A model generated the notes under the pieces. The model had not been told where the DNA came from. It made no database searches and saw only the letters and a program-made list of their open reading frames with translations. 64,000 nt of DNA from a virus. Positions within the stretch are counted from its first letter, which is position 1; the number at the start of each line of letters is the position of its first letter. Location: the UHGV virus genome UHGV-0180032. One strand, written 5' to 3'. Below, piece after piece: positions 36,501-47,357 of the stretch. Both the position numbers and the translations under genes were made by a program.

Positions 36501-38745
36501 TTACACGTTCAAATTCTAACGTAGTGTTAGTAGACAAATCGGCCTTACGTAGACGCCAAGCTGCTACGGCGTAAGCGGAGTTATTTACCGTTGAACGGAG
36601 AAGATAAACGTAGTCCTCAACCAACACGACATCGTCAGCTTCCGGCCACGGGTTCCAGGTTTGTTCCACAGTACCACTGGGGTTGCCGTTACGGTACACG
36701 GGCATCGTAACGCGACATACCACCGTGTGCTTAGTGTGGTCCATCGAGCCATTAAACAGCACCAAATAACGGTTATTGTCAGAACCCAGGCAAATAATCG
36801 CTTCCTGGCCACCGATCAAAATAGCTTTTAGGGTCACTCCAGGATATTTACTCATCCCGGCAGGGTGATATTTCACTGAGGTCTGCTGCGGATTTACAAA
36901 CGCGTTTGACGTGTCAATGTCAGCATAGCCGTAATAAATAGCTTCCGTACCCGGCACGCCGTTAGAACCGTTACGGAGCGAATAAACCTTACCCTGCTGA
37001 TACCCAACAACCCCTTTCTGGTAAGACTGGTTTTTGGTGTAGCCTGCGTAGTTGCCTAACGCTGGGATAGGTAAGAAGTTTTTATTACCGAATTTCGCAC
37101 CGCCTACTGTCCATGCCGGTAAGATGGTATTCAGTTTATCAGAGACCTTCTTAATCTCTTTTGCGAACAACCACCCTTGACGTGACGTGACAGCTTTATC
37201 GTTAGTGGTGTCAATTGCATCCCACAGCTGTAAGATACCATCAACCGTTGCACTACCAATCGGGACGTTATCCAAGTCAGCAGTGGTGTGGGTGTGCGTC
37301 TTCAAACTCTTGTTTTTCAACACGTTCGTTAACGCTTTTGTCACAGGCTTAGCACTCGGTATGGTGTTATCCATCTTATCGATACCGAAATCGGTTTTCG
37401 TTAAGGTTAACACCATGTTGTCGCCCGTCTTAACAAACCCTTTACCGTTAACGGTATAGTCATCGTCAACGTACAAGTCCAACCGGTCTTTTAATTCAGT
37501 TACGGCTTTCTGGGAGATAGCAGTACCTAACGCCGCAGACGTAGAGATATTCGTAATCGAGAACAACCCATAAACTGATTCGGACGCTGTGGGAATATTC
37601 GCGTTTAACGTGACCGGGTTAGTCTGTTTTGCGGTACCGTACGGTTTTACTGTGTCTGACGCTTTGAAATACGCGTTTGCTTCAAGCAACGTTACTGACG
37701 TCAGATACATGTTCACCATTTCTGGTGTAACCAGGTACACAGAGTTATAAACCGGTGCTAATACGTCCTGCTCTGACCCTGAGTGAACCCAAAGTGTATT
37801 CAGACCCGCACTGAATTCAACCGCTAAACCCGATTCGTTGTTGTCCTGGTCTGCTTTAATCACTAACGGTTGTGGCGAGGTAATTAACCACTTATCACCA
37901 CGAATACTGATGATGTGACCACCTGACGTTTTAAACGTTAATTCATTACCGTTCGTGGTGCCCCATCGACCGTAAACGGTGCCGAGGGCTTCACCCATTA
38001 ACTTGTCAACGTCGGATTGCTCAATACCCGCTGACCCCATCAGCGTAGCCAATTCGTCAATCGTTAACCCAAACGCTTTTGTGGCGTCAACCGCACGTCC
38101 TAATACGGGGAGAGCAGCAACGTCATCAGTGGTATAGTGATGCGCGTTAGGATTACGGTGATGCTGGTATAATTCTTCGTCGAAAACCTTTTTCCCGTTC
38201 TCGTAAATCAGGTTAGTGACTTCACTGAACGCAGCATCTAATTCCGTAGAACGTTTGATGATTTTCTTGCGAATGTCTTCTAAAGCCTTAACGACCTCGT
38301 CCCTCAGAATCGCTTCTTCTAAGTTAGCAGGCGGGTCGATAGGCTGAATAACCGGCGCATACGCCATTAGTTCAGACCAGTCCACGTTACGTGGGTCTTT
38401 CAGGTCAGTACGAACTAAGAACTTCCCGATTTCAGATTGCGGTACACGGTATTGACGTGCTACCCCTAAAATCTCGTATTCGATTTCTGTTGCGGTAAGC
38501 AACATAAACCCGCCGTAAATCTGATCCTGCTCAGCTTCGGCGAGTTCTTTAAAGTAATAGCCTAAATAGTAGTCCAACCCCTCAATCAGAGTACGACGTC
38601 CGTTAGGCGCGGTATCGTCGGCTACTGTGAGTTTTAATCCGATACGATAAAAAGGTCCTTCGGGTGGAATGACCACGTTAAATCGGTTAGGGTACGTCGC
38701 TGTGCTTAGCGTACCGTTAAACTGCGCCGCGTCTTCTCTCGGCAT
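33559..38745 (-). CDS. giant tail-fibre/tailspike-like protein (1728 aa)
   Basis: N-terminal PPEGPFYRIGLKL...GLDYYL module shared with neighbours; long ORF. Confidence 0.7.
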   Translation of the reverse strand: MPREDAAQFNGTLSTATYPNRFNVVIPPEGPFYRIGLKLTVADDTAPNGRRTLIEGLDYYLGYYFKELAEAEQDQIYGGFMLLTATEIEYEILGVARQYRVPQSEIGKFLVRTDLKDPRNVDWSELMAYAPVIQPIDPPANLEEAILRDEVVKALEDIRKKIIKRSTELDAAFSEVTNLIYENGKKVFDEELYQHHRNPNAHHYTTDDVAALPVLGRAVDATKAFGLTIDELATLMGSAGIEQSDVDKLMGEALGTVYGRWGTTNGNELTFKTSGGHIISIRGDKWLITSPQPLVIKADQDNNESGLAVEFSAGLNTLWVHSGSEQDVLAPVYNSVYLVTPEMVNMYLTSVTLLEANAYFKASDTVKPYGTAKQTNPVTLNANIPTASESVYGLFSITNISTSAALGTAISQKAVTELKDRLDLYVDDDYTVNGKGFVKTGDNMVLTLTKTDFGIDKMDNTIPSAKPVTKALTNVLKNKSLKTHTHTTADLDNVPIGSATVDGILQLWDAIDTTNDKAVTSRQGWLFAKEIKKVSDKLNTILPAWTVGGAKFGNKNFLPIPALGNYAGYTKNQSYQKGVVGYQQGKVYSLRNGSNGVPGTEAIYYGYADIDTSNAFVNPQQTSVKYHPAGMSKYPGVTLKAILIGGQEAIICLGSDNNRYLVLFNGSMDHTKHTVVCRVTMPVYRNGNPSGTVEQTWNPWPEADDVVLVEDYVYLLRSTVNNSAYAVAAWRLRKADLSTNTTLEFERVTLTGEMGQFGDNLCLRIGQKTEESQTGQFFTYLTPEGRAKWTIGRNFVHGPECNHACAVRDSVIRVNHMPTVWFAAADGTTINFLQWATSFTIDTLTGKVTLEGRERFPIKADATTTLSFADGSTVGTNRKWGGGQANNRCFATYAKPNGTGMMLSCWQIADADQMPNVSIKSTQGRELFDYLRYDNPNNTSGEGTFTWDKGRGSIYTIGLSYPVGIGGSNKVWLSNPRNRYTIEVEVDPNKPYDVSGYSGYGPNNNRREVDATLYEQLSCMAACMIPEERHGQLNGWYLTKAETFPYRNIYGNFALSSERLTLEEADRQKMIRMIVDGAPSGEANGYANERISAAHQTGNALFALWMLGINTVCEFDLLQVSCMKTSSNGRRILDIYYFMVSPSKENGYLRFNSATFKLVDWFLDLDYGLSYQSLREEGGGKTRRVGQPIFASVDGTNFGIWLPYTLTTRNIGDLNALGYAAKYTFDPGSGWTRVAGKSQLRQMAPAHRPESGCFMGAGDWDKMALIYSKADRVFCSGNAYTAAEFVNDTTFSTEGQAVIIAGVETAEGWILYLTEEVKLDFGSSSYTLPTWSVDLSSEFPSNHANQTFYVHAEVSGSTAQYRIGLEQLADTSTRLFVGTVTTDSNRITDIRIDKVKRLGRVKELEDHAAIIDQHDVAAAFDRKTGPLLTLVNKPVKAPTASASKGEGYVDGQKWGSLSGITTRPKLPIQETYSGYKSVARVAYENCADQFWQKAVAANIATATASENTQAASANMKWIGAYTKPTTGTNAYLTLSLRVQVPGNPGTANRALKLRLAAPTGIVEARYAINQAGGTMTEQTVTLTANQYLEKEHSGFKPAEEVRVHVTFVIPKNEYGSYRTKFGAVQLIDVESGTTIKQADIDTPFFVFTDTELAAQSGLVYKAVKGQFDNLPSEPTLIVRDGQSGTNPPVKSSYANGTLTVYVATAYDAVNPAETRDIDKLQFNLMFTS

Positions 38746-38839
38746 CGTAAAGACTCCTACTTTTAAATAAAATGGATACCCCTCCCCATTACAGGGAGGG
38801 GTTACCTACGGACACACAACTGCCCGCAGGCAGCCTGTC

Positions 38840-41800
38840 CTAAGTACGATCCCCTAACTGCTTCCCGTTAAGTTCTCGTTTCAGTACAGAAAGTATCCAT
38901 TTCCACGCTTTACTCGTGATGTGGTACGGATTGCGTTTCTCCATTAAGAACTGCTTTTCACCGCTACGCAGTTCGAAGCTCTGCGCATTAAGCTGATCCT
39001 GACGAGTGCTTTGCTCATCGGTCACATCTAACGAACAGGTAAAGTTAAGCTCGTAACCTTCAGGATTATTACCCGGCGGGTCTAAGACAATATAGATGTC
39101 CTGACCTACACGTAAGTCGGTGGCCGTGATACTAATCGCTTTACCTACGTCAGCGCTGGTCGACAGAGCAAACTCCGCACTGTCCGTAGACGCTAAGAAT
39201 GGGTCTTTCCCTGCGTCACCGATAATCACCTTACCTGGCCAGTTACTTTTTATCGTTCCCGTCACTTTTGCAATTCGGTACTGTTGTTTATCGGCACCTT
39301 GTGCAAAACGGAGAATGAGTTTGTGACGATAACGACTTGCAGCAGCCTTAGTCGTACTCCACTCGTTGTTCCAGGAAGTGTGCAGTTCGTTGTTCTTCGC
39401 CATCAACGCACCGCGAGACAGCTTACGATCAAAGAACTGCGCAGGTAACTGCCCATCATGAGAAACCGCAACGCTTCCCTGACCAGTTGGCAAGGCAATG
39501 CTCTCCGTAACGCGATATTTCTGACTAATCTCATAAGTCGCAGGGTCAATCACAGACTGACTATAATCAGCGTCTTTGTTATCAGCCAAATACCCAACGG
39601 ATGAATCCAGATACGACTCAAACAGCGAACGTAAGTAATGATACTTATCAATGTTGATGTTGTTCGTAACCGGATCAATCAGCGCATGGCTAATCGTTAC
39701 TCGGCATTTCGCACTCAGTTCTTTAAACGACAACCCTATTCCGTCACCGGTGAAATAATCCACTAAGTCGAACGGGAATTGAATTTCCAACTGACGTTGT
39801 TTAACTGTCGTCGTCCCAAACTGCGAGAACGACAACGCTAAACGCAGCACACGCGTACTTACGTTATAACGGTAACGAATCATCCCACGAGGTGCATGGT
39901 TTGCAGAGATTTTATCTCGAGCGGCACCCCAGCCAATCAAATCGAGAATCGCGGGGTTGGTTTCTTCACCGTTGAACAACACGTCCTTAAACGTTGCATT
40001 CACCGCTGTTTCCCCAGACTCTTCCATTACCAACGGAATGTCAGTAACGTCTGAAACTGAACGGGAACCAATCCCCAACTTGCACGCTTTGGCCGTCAGA
40101 TCGATACGTACGTAACGGCGTTTAACACTCGCCCCTTGCGTTGACGTACACAGCACCAAATCCGGTGCAGCAGTAAGTGCTTGTGTTCCACCGACGTCGT
40201 CAACGTCAAACACAAACGAACCTTCGAATGTCGGTGCGTTGTTTTCTTTCGGGTTAAACGGTGTAAACCAGCAATACGGTGTAGCGCCTTCAGGTATCAC
40301 AACGTACTGAAGACTGGACTTCACGTTTTGGTTGTGTGCGTAAGTATAAAGACCACGACTGACAAGATGGAAAACATCACCTGTACCGGCTGCTAACGCT
40401 TTCCTAAAGATACACGCTCTCGGTTCGGCAATGGCACGGTTTAATAACGGCAACCGTGGGTTATCCGTTAACGCCCAGTCCACAGAACTGAGTCCGTGTG
40501 CTTTACGCGTGGCGATGTGTCCACTAACCTCGGCACTTTTCCCGAAATCAAACGTGGTTTCGAACCCTACCGTTTTATTCGCGTAATTCTCACCAGCAAC
40601 AATATCAACGTAACCGATATAACCGCGTTCAGGATCAACCGCGACGCTCTGAATCGGTTCAGCACGCGAATACAGAGAGCCTGTGAGCATGTTAACGTAC
40701 AGATAGTGACGAATCCCTACGTGCGTGGTAACAAACTCCTGGAGAAGCTCTACGCGCGTTTCAGGGCCACTGAAGTAAACGGGGTAATCCCCATCGTAAA
40801 CTTCAAACTGTACCGCTGCGGACTTAGCCGTATCGCTACATTCGGCTTTAACCGCTATTGTGTAGTTTTCAACGTCTGATGACGTTTCGTACACTGCAAC
40901 GAGCGGAGACTCGCCTGACGCTGCCAGGTTACCGTTAATGTAAACCGTAACCGGACCGCCGCCCGCAGCATAAACCCAGAGCTTTGATTGGTACGCCCTT
41001 ACACGCGTTTTTGCCAGTACCGTAACCACTGACTGGTCACCCATCTGAGTAGCGGTTTTACCTACCGCAACAGACTGGAATCCCATCAACGGCGGTTCTT
41101 CAATACCTGTCCAGTTGATTCCCGTACCGTTACTCACCTTACCCGTAGGCCAAGTCAGTTCAAGCTGGTTGTTAGGTGAGAACCAGTTAAACATCGGGGT
41201 GGTTTGCAGGTCAATCGCACCAGTAACGGTACTGTCGCCTTTCGTCCCGTCCAGCAAATAGAAATATTTCAAATCCTGAACAGAGATTGACGTACCCTGG
41301 CTATTAAAACGCCAGTCCGCACCTTTCACAGCAGCAAAATCGGTTACCGTACCTTCTTTCGCGTTTGCAATTGCCGCAGCGACCACATCTAAACGTGCTG
41401 AAAGCTCTTTTAGGATGTTCGGTACCACCGCTCGGTTTTCAACTAAGCCGTTCTGGTTAGTTGCGTAACGACCAATACCGTAAATCGTCTGCGAGGCTTT
41501 ATAAATGCCTAACTCTGACCAGTCGTGATGGTGACCGACATCTGCTAAACCACTAACCGAAGCATTCAGTGCGGTAGACAACGGTTTGTCAAGGTCTGCG
41601 GTGTTATCCGCTTGCCCTAATCCCAGGTCAGCTTTCGTGATTGTCCTGGAACCGTCGTTCATCGGCTTACCGTTAATCATGGTCGTTTTAGTCACGTACC
41701 CTGATAAGTCGGTTGAATACGGCGTTAATGACGCAGGAGTTGCTGCAACCCCAACCGTTTCTGTGCCTTTACCGGTTTTAAGCTTAACAACACCTTTTTC

Positions 41801-43024
41801 AGCGGTGGTCGCTTTCGTCGGGTCGATAGTCCCCACGATGGGATCGGCACGAGAACCTTTACCGGTAAAACTAATCCCGTTACGGCCTTCGATATACACT
41901 TTGGAGTCATCAGGATCGCTACCGCCACTCCCGCCAGCATCAGGGTCTTGCTGATACTCCATCAGCGCTGTGGTGGTCAACAACGGGTTACCGTTCAGGG
42001 TGAGTTTGTTCATCCCTAAAGCGTCACCGGTTGACTCGATGCGTAAGGTGTTTTTACCCGCACGCCAGTTAATGTAACGCCCCGCACCTGTGCCTTCCAG
42101 ATGCCCTACCGCTAATACCACAGAACCGTTGGATTTTAACGTAAAGCCATCATTCGCAAAAATGATTTCGGATTCACCGTTTTTCGAACGGAATTGTGCG
42201 CGGTTTCCAGACACCGTACAGTTAAACACGCCCCGTACTTCCGAAGAAATCCAGTGGGAGATATACGTGTCAATAACTGACTGTGGTAAACGAAACGCTT
42301 TCAGTTCATCCGTTAACGCTTTCAATTTTAACCCGTACGCCATAAAGGTGTCAGGTGTTTTCAGGTTAACGGGATGGGCATTAATTTGTGCGCTCGTGGT
42401 TTCGTGCGGGTTCGTCGCGGCGATATGTGCTGGGTAGTTAAACGCTTCAATTTCTTTCCCCAACGCAGTCACTAGCACTTTAACTTCGGCTATTTTATCC
42501 TTAATTAGCTGGTTAGCGTCATCGGTTTTCAACTCAATATCGTGAATCGCTGACGCTAAGTATTTTTTGTTCAGCAAATCCGCCCAGGACGTTGCCGCAG
42601 GCGTAGCTGGGTATAACGACGGTCTACCGTCTAACAACAGCCAGTCTGCACTGACTGGGTTATTCAGATATTTCACCAACTCGTCGAGCATGTCAACGAA
42701 CGGGTCGTAGAACGTACCGCCGAGCATTTGTCCTTCAAAGGTTACGATCCCTTTGATGGATGGGTTGATAAGGTGTACCCCACAATACACGTTGGCTGCT
42801 ACCGAGTCATCCAGTTCCGTCAGCTGATATTGCAGTTCGTAGTCCACCCCACGGCTCAGTGGGGTGGTTGAACCTGGTTGTCTGACGACTAAGTCTTCAA
42901 AGAACGGGCGATGGTCTAAAATCACCACCCGGTCATTGTTGTTTTCTGACCCGATGATACGCTCCTCTAAGAAGTGATTCTCGGTTTTCGTCCCCCGAGG
43001 ATCGTAAGGATACGCTTTCATCAA
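38840..43024 (-). CDS. giant tail-fibre/tailspike-like protein (1394 aa)
   Basis: N-terminal HRPFFEDLVV...GVDYEL module; long ORF. Confidence 0.7.
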   Translation of the reverse strand: MMKAYPYDPRGTKTENHFLEERIIGSENNNDRVVILDHRPFFEDLVVRQPGSTTPLSRGVDYELQYQLTELDDSVAANVYCGVHLINPSIKGIVTFEGQMLGGTFYDPFVDMLDELVKYLNNPVSADWLLLDGRPSLYPATPAATSWADLLNKKYLASAIHDIELKTDDANQLIKDKIAEVKVLVTALGKEIEAFNYPAHIAATNPHETTSAQINAHPVNLKTPDTFMAYGLKLKALTDELKAFRLPQSVIDTYISHWISSEVRGVFNCTVSGNRAQFRSKNGESEIIFANDGFTLKSNGSVVLAVGHLEGTGAGRYINWRAGKNTLRIESTGDALGMNKLTLNGNPLLTTTALMEYQQDPDAGGSGGSDPDDSKVYIEGRNGISFTGKGSRADPIVGTIDPTKATTAEKGVVKLKTGKGTETVGVAATPASLTPYSTDLSGYVTKTTMINGKPMNDGSRTITKADLGLGQADNTADLDKPLSTALNASVSGLADVGHHHDWSELGIYKASQTIYGIGRYATNQNGLVENRAVVPNILKELSARLDVVAAAIANAKEGTVTDFAAVKGADWRFNSQGTSISVQDLKYFYLLDGTKGDSTVTGAIDLQTTPMFNWFSPNNQLELTWPTGKVSNGTGINWTGIEEPPLMGFQSVAVGKTATQMGDQSVVTVLAKTRVRAYQSKLWVYAAGGGPVTVYINGNLAASGESPLVAVYETSSDVENYTIAVKAECSDTAKSAAVQFEVYDGDYPVYFSGPETRVELLQEFVTTHVGIRHYLYVNMLTGSLYSRAEPIQSVAVDPERGYIGYVDIVAGENYANKTVGFETTFDFGKSAEVSGHIATRKAHGLSSVDWALTDNPRLPLLNRAIAEPRACIFRKALAAGTGDVFHLVSRGLYTYAHNQNVKSSLQYVVIPEGATPYCWFTPFNPKENNAPTFEGSFVFDVDDVGGTQALTAAPDLVLCTSTQGASVKRRYVRIDLTAKACKLGIGSRSVSDVTDIPLVMEESGETAVNATFKDVLFNGEETNPAILDLIGWGAARDKISANHAPRGMIRYRYNVSTRVLRLALSFSQFGTTTVKQRQLEIQFPFDLVDYFTGDGIGLSFKELSAKCRVTISHALIDPVTNNINIDKYHYLRSLFESYLDSSVGYLADNKDADYSQSVIDPATYEISQKYRVTESIALPTGQGSVAVSHDGQLPAQFFDRKLSRGALMAKNNELHTSWNNEWSTTKAAASRYRHKLILRFAQGADKQQYRIAKVTGTIKSNWPGKVIIGDAGKDPFLASTDSAEFALSTSADVGKAISITATDLRVGQDIYIVLDPPGNNPEGYELNFTCSLDVTDEQSTRQDQLNAQSFELRSGEKQFLMEKRNPYHITSKAWKWILSVLKRELNGKQLGDRT

Positions 43025-43034
43025 AAAATTCTCC

Positions 43035-46000
43035 TTAATCGCGAATGATTACCGCCTGCACTTTATTGTTGGTGTCGATAAACGACATTACGCGCTCCTT
43101 GTTAAGATAAGGAGGTATCGGCAACGCAGCATAATCCGCCAGGTTGTTATTAAACTCGGTTGCCACTAACGCATTAAGCGTTTCAGGGTCTGAGCTTGTC
43201 CCGGCCAATTCCACGACGCGTACACGATTTAACGAGGAGTAGTTGCTGATATAATCCAACAGCGTACCGTAGAGTTTATTCCCGGTTATGCTGTCCGCCG
43301 TAGAGCGGATATTGGCACGCACTTCGTCCTCATAAAGTCCCCCTAATCCGTAGTAAATAGGGGTGTACGGATCGTTAACGATAGGCGCGAGGTTGAACCC
43401 GGTTAAACGGTCGGTCAGCGAGATTTTCTGCGTAGTACCACCTGCCGCCGTACAGCTTACGTATTTATCTGCCGCAGACAAATACACCACAATAGTGTAA
43501 ACAGTACCTGCTAAGGTCAGCGTTGCGTTAAACGTTAATTCGTTATTCGCACCACGCGTGTGGGTAAATGTCACATCAGGTTGTAACGTACTCCACGGTG
43601 CTGGGGTAACACGTTTGGTCGGCGTGAAGCCTAACACCACAGATCTCCCGTTACCGAAGTTTAAACCAAACCCGGCGTAACAATACTCACCGTTGCTGTC
43701 AGTTAAACGATAACCACGGGTGATAAGTAACGACAACCGCATAAACTCGTCATCGGTATTTTTCCAGCAACCCAGGATGGTTTCTAGCACCGTACCGGTT
43801 TTTGCGTTGCTTTCGGTTTCCCAACTGACTCGCATCCCCGTATTGTTAAATACTGGGAACAGGTTGTGGATAAACCCGTGAACGTTATCACTTACCCCTT
43901 TCGCATCAAACACCCACTTCGACGCAAGCTGGTCGTATTTCACACCGTCGAGTGCTTTATATCCGCCGCCAACCACATAACGCCAGTCTGCTTCACCACG
44001 CACAACCGCTTGAAGTCCAGAAGCCCAGCAGGGCGCACCTACTGTTAAATTGCTTAACCCCAGCACTGCACGTGAAGCAGAACGCTGAATGTGTGCGTTG
44101 TCATTAGCGACATGGTCTTTCAGCTCACGGAAATCCCCTAACCGTGTCACGTTACGTAGTTCAGTAACGAACACTTCAGAAAGGTCGTTAATACCGATCA
44201 ACCCCACGCGCGTCATGATATCCGTTTCAGCCTGACTGTAGCTGTCGTGAATAATGTACTTCGCTTTGTTATCGACAATGTCAACAAAAATCCCTGCGTA
44301 AACTTCCTTATTCAGATTCGGGAAACGTTCGGTAACGTTAACCGACATCAACGGTACGTTGTACGTTTCACCACCAATGAAATACGTGGAAGCAGGAAGT
44401 GTCACCAGGATTTTGTCTTTAACCGTAACGTCAATTAAGTCGTTACCGGACTTACCAAAGCGAATAATGTCAACTCGCGCACCCGAGTCAACCCCGCCGA
44501 CGGTATTCTCCAGTTTTTCAATCTGGGAAGTCTGCGCCATCACCACACTACTATCGAGTGCTAAAGTGACATCATCCACATCCAGACCGAACTTAATCAG
44601 ACCCCGTTTCGTGGTGTCTGCGTTTTCAACACCGAACACAGAAGACGGGTGTTGGTGAACCTTCGGTGAGTATTTGTCTAACTCAGTCTGCTGTGCAACA
44701 GAAATCGGCAAGTCGAGGTCCGGGGTATTCGCAACATTACCTAAACCAAAGGTAATTTTGTCGATAGTCACCGAACTGGTAAGCTGCATGTCGTTGATAT
44801 ACGACTTGGCAGCAACTAACTTACCGGTAAACTCTGCGTCTAGTTTTTCAATTAACGCGGGTGTAGCTGCAAGGTTTTCAGCCGTACCGAATTCGTCCGT
44901 TAACTGCCAGCAGGCTAACGTTGTGACGTCGTTGGCAACCGGAAGGATAAACGTTGCGACAAACGGTGATGCTTTAATCCCGCTGCCAGTAAGTTCCACG
45001 GTAGACGTCGACGCACCGTAGAACAGACCTGTACCGCCTGCGGTATTACCCGGCAAATACGGACCGACCGTAGTGGGGTCTAAGAGTTTCTTACCACGCC
45101 ACAACAGTCCACGGTCATCGGGGTATAGCACAAGCTGGTTATCGCCTGCCTGTAACGTAACAGGGTTGTTACCCGCATTAACATCGGTGGAGCCTTGACC
45201 GATAAACTTAATGGACTTCGGATCAACGACGAACTGGGCACCTAAACGTTTTTCGTCAACTACACCAGGTGCTTTCTTAATGGTAACCGTGTTACCTTTG
45301 TTTTGCGAACTAATAGAGACGCCGTCAGCAACATTATTGATCAGCGATTTAAAGTGATACCGATTCTCTAATGCTTCTAACGCAGAGTCCATGTTATCGA
45401 AGTTAATCCGGGCGCTATACGTTTTACCGTTTACGGTAATAACGGCGTCAAACACGTTCCCTGTACGCTTCAGTTGAAAACGCAGCGTAAAATCCCCATC
45501 CGGTATTGCTGGATCAGGAGCTTGAGAAATATACCGAACTGACGGTACCGGACTCCCGTAACCGTGCAACGACAGTTCGATAGTAAGAGTACCACCCCAG
45601 ACTTCACCGAAAATCTCTACGTACTTACCGGAGTTACTACCGGGATTTTCGTAGAAACGTAAACCGGCCCTACCGACTGCCTCATTACCAGACGCTGTTT
45701 TACGTCCAGTAACAATAAAGTCAATATCTTGCAGGTTAGCGGGTACCGCATTAAAAGAAGCACTAAATCCATTCTTCGTTCCTGTGTAACGAAGCGCGCC
45801 GTGATACGTGCGGCCTTGACTAACATAGCTTTCGCTAAAATAAGGACTCACGTATTTAGACATCGAAACCGGATCAACTTCTGTCGTGAACGAAGTAAAA
45901 CCGGGCAGCGTTCCAATGGTTCCGTCGGCCGTTTTCGTAGTTGACGTGCGCAGTAGTTTCTTTTGCGCAGCCAATGTTGCTTGCGTTGGATACTTAGCAT

Positions 46001-47357
46001 TAACATAATCTGTTAACTGCGGCTTCGTTTTTCCGTAAGCTAACGCTGTATCCGTCGCAATACCATTCAACTCTAACGCACGGATCGGGCCCCACGTATC
46101 GTTGTGCGGGTTGTCCTTACGTGTAACGTGTTCGTGCGCAGGTGCGTTGCGATAGAGCTGTTCTACTAACTGATGGTACTTAACGATTAGCTGATAAACG
46201 TCATTACTTACGTCTGCTTCTGGCGCACCAGGTAACGCAAGGAATTGAGCGTAATCGTTTTCAGCCGCCCACCAGTTTAAGTTAACGTTGGTTTTGTATT
46301 TCAGCCACTTCGCAACATCCGTTTTGGTGTAACCTGCTGAAAATTCGTCTGGCGGTGTGTCAACGTTAAAGGTGTAGTCCATGGACTGTTTGTTAGTCGT
46401 CACCTCGATAACGTATACACCGTTACCCGGTTGACGAACAACGCTAAACGTTAACTCGCCTTTTAATTCGTCGTCGGTCAAACCGTTGATTAACGTATAA
46501 TCATAATCGGTCGAACCGCTGCCTAACGCAACCGTCAGTCGTAGACCGATTTTACGTTGTTTTAATTGGAGACGAAGGATACTTGCACCACCGTTCGCGT
46601 AGCACAGCATCCAATCGATTTGTTCGTTCGGGTTAATACTCCCCATGTTCGGAAAAATAGCCGGGATACGGTATTTCATCGACAGGGAATATTCATTTAA
46701 CGTGGTGGTTTTGTACGTAACGGAGAAACGACGTTTAGCGGTGTTGTAAGTATACCCACCTTTGTTGTCGTACGTTGCGTACTGTTCAGATGTGATAACC
46801 GTACCATTAGCACGGTGTTCGATATCTAACGTGTTACGTGCAATCGGGTCTACCCGATTCACCACGTTACCTAACGAATCACCTAAGCCTGCAATGGCCT
46901 GCATTAATTCCAGTTCACCTTTCCAGTTTTCCCAGTCGAACTGAATGTCAACCGGTGGAAAGTAAACGTCGCCGATAACGGTATCCCATTGACACGCAGA
47001 CGGGTATTTATCTTTATTGAGTTCGCGTTCTGCGGTAATCTGTTCTTGGGTCGCTTCACCACAACCTACGGCGTGGTAATCTACCGTGAAATTCGATTTG
47101 TATTTGTCGTTAACAATCCAAATCATCCCGTGCACGAGATAGGCTGTGCGCAACATACCGGTCTCGTACGGGTGTGTAATAACGTAATCGTCGCCTAAGG
47201 TCAGTATTTTGCCGCCGCTCTTGACCACCAGGGATGTGGTGAAAAAAGGGGCGTGGGCAGGTACCAACATTCGGTACTTCGTACCAATGACGGCGACCGC
47301 TTCACCGGTTATTTTATTCCCCGGTTCTTTGAAGTGTGGGTCTAGGACGACAGCCAT
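43035..47357 (-). CDS. giant tail-fibre/tailspike-like protein (1440 aa)
   Basis: N-terminal AHAPFFTTSLVV...GDDYVI module; long ORF. Confidence 0.7.
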   Translation of the reverse strand: MAVVLDPHFKEPGNKITGEAVAVIGTKYRMLVPAHAPFFTTSLVVKSGGKILTLGDDYVITHPYETGMLRTAYLVHGMIWIVNDKYKSNFTVDYHAVGCGEATQEQITAERELNKDKYPSACQWDTVIGDVYFPPVDIQFDWENWKGELELMQAIAGLGDSLGNVVNRVDPIARNTLDIEHRANGTVITSEQYATYDNKGGYTYNTAKRRFSVTYKTTTLNEYSLSMKYRIPAIFPNMGSINPNEQIDWMLCYANGGASILRLQLKQRKIGLRLTVALGSGSTDYDYTLINGLTDDELKGELTFSVVRQPGNGVYVIEVTTNKQSMDYTFNVDTPPDEFSAGYTKTDVAKWLKYKTNVNLNWWAAENDYAQFLALPGAPEADVSNDVYQLIVKYHQLVEQLYRNAPAHEHVTRKDNPHNDTWGPIRALELNGIATDTALAYGKTKPQLTDYVNAKYPTQATLAAQKKLLRTSTTKTADGTIGTLPGFTSFTTEVDPVSMSKYVSPYFSESYVSQGRTYHGALRYTGTKNGFSASFNAVPANLQDIDFIVTGRKTASGNEAVGRAGLRFYENPGSNSGKYVEIFGEVWGGTLTIELSLHGYGSPVPSVRYISQAPDPAIPDGDFTLRFQLKRTGNVFDAVITVNGKTYSARINFDNMDSALEALENRYHFKSLINNVADGVSISSQNKGNTVTIKKAPGVVDEKRLGAQFVVDPKSIKFIGQGSTDVNAGNNPVTLQAGDNQLVLYPDDRGLLWRGKKLLDPTTVGPYLPGNTAGGTGLFYGASTSTVELTGSGIKASPFVATFILPVANDVTTLACWQLTDEFGTAENLAATPALIEKLDAEFTGKLVAAKSYINDMQLTSSVTIDKITFGLGNVANTPDLDLPISVAQQTELDKYSPKVHQHPSSVFGVENADTTKRGLIKFGLDVDDVTLALDSSVVMAQTSQIEKLENTVGGVDSGARVDIIRFGKSGNDLIDVTVKDKILVTLPASTYFIGGETYNVPLMSVNVTERFPNLNKEVYAGIFVDIVDNKAKYIIHDSYSQAETDIMTRVGLIGINDLSEVFVTELRNVTRLGDFRELKDHVANDNAHIQRSASRAVLGLSNLTVGAPCWASGLQAVVRGEADWRYVVGGGYKALDGVKYDQLASKWVFDAKGVSDNVHGFIHNLFPVFNNTGMRVSWETESNAKTGTVLETILGCWKNTDDEFMRLSLLITRGYRLTDSNGEYCYAGFGLNFGNGRSVVLGFTPTKRVTPAPWSTLQPDVTFTHTRGANNELTFNATLTLAGTVYTIVVYLSAADKYVSCTAAGGTTQKISLTDRLTGFNLAPIVNDPYTPIYYGLGGLYEDEVRANIRSTADSITGNKLYGTLLDYISNYSSLNRVRVVELAGTSSDPETLNALVATEFNNNLADYAALPIPPYLNKERVMSFIDTNNKVQAVIIRD

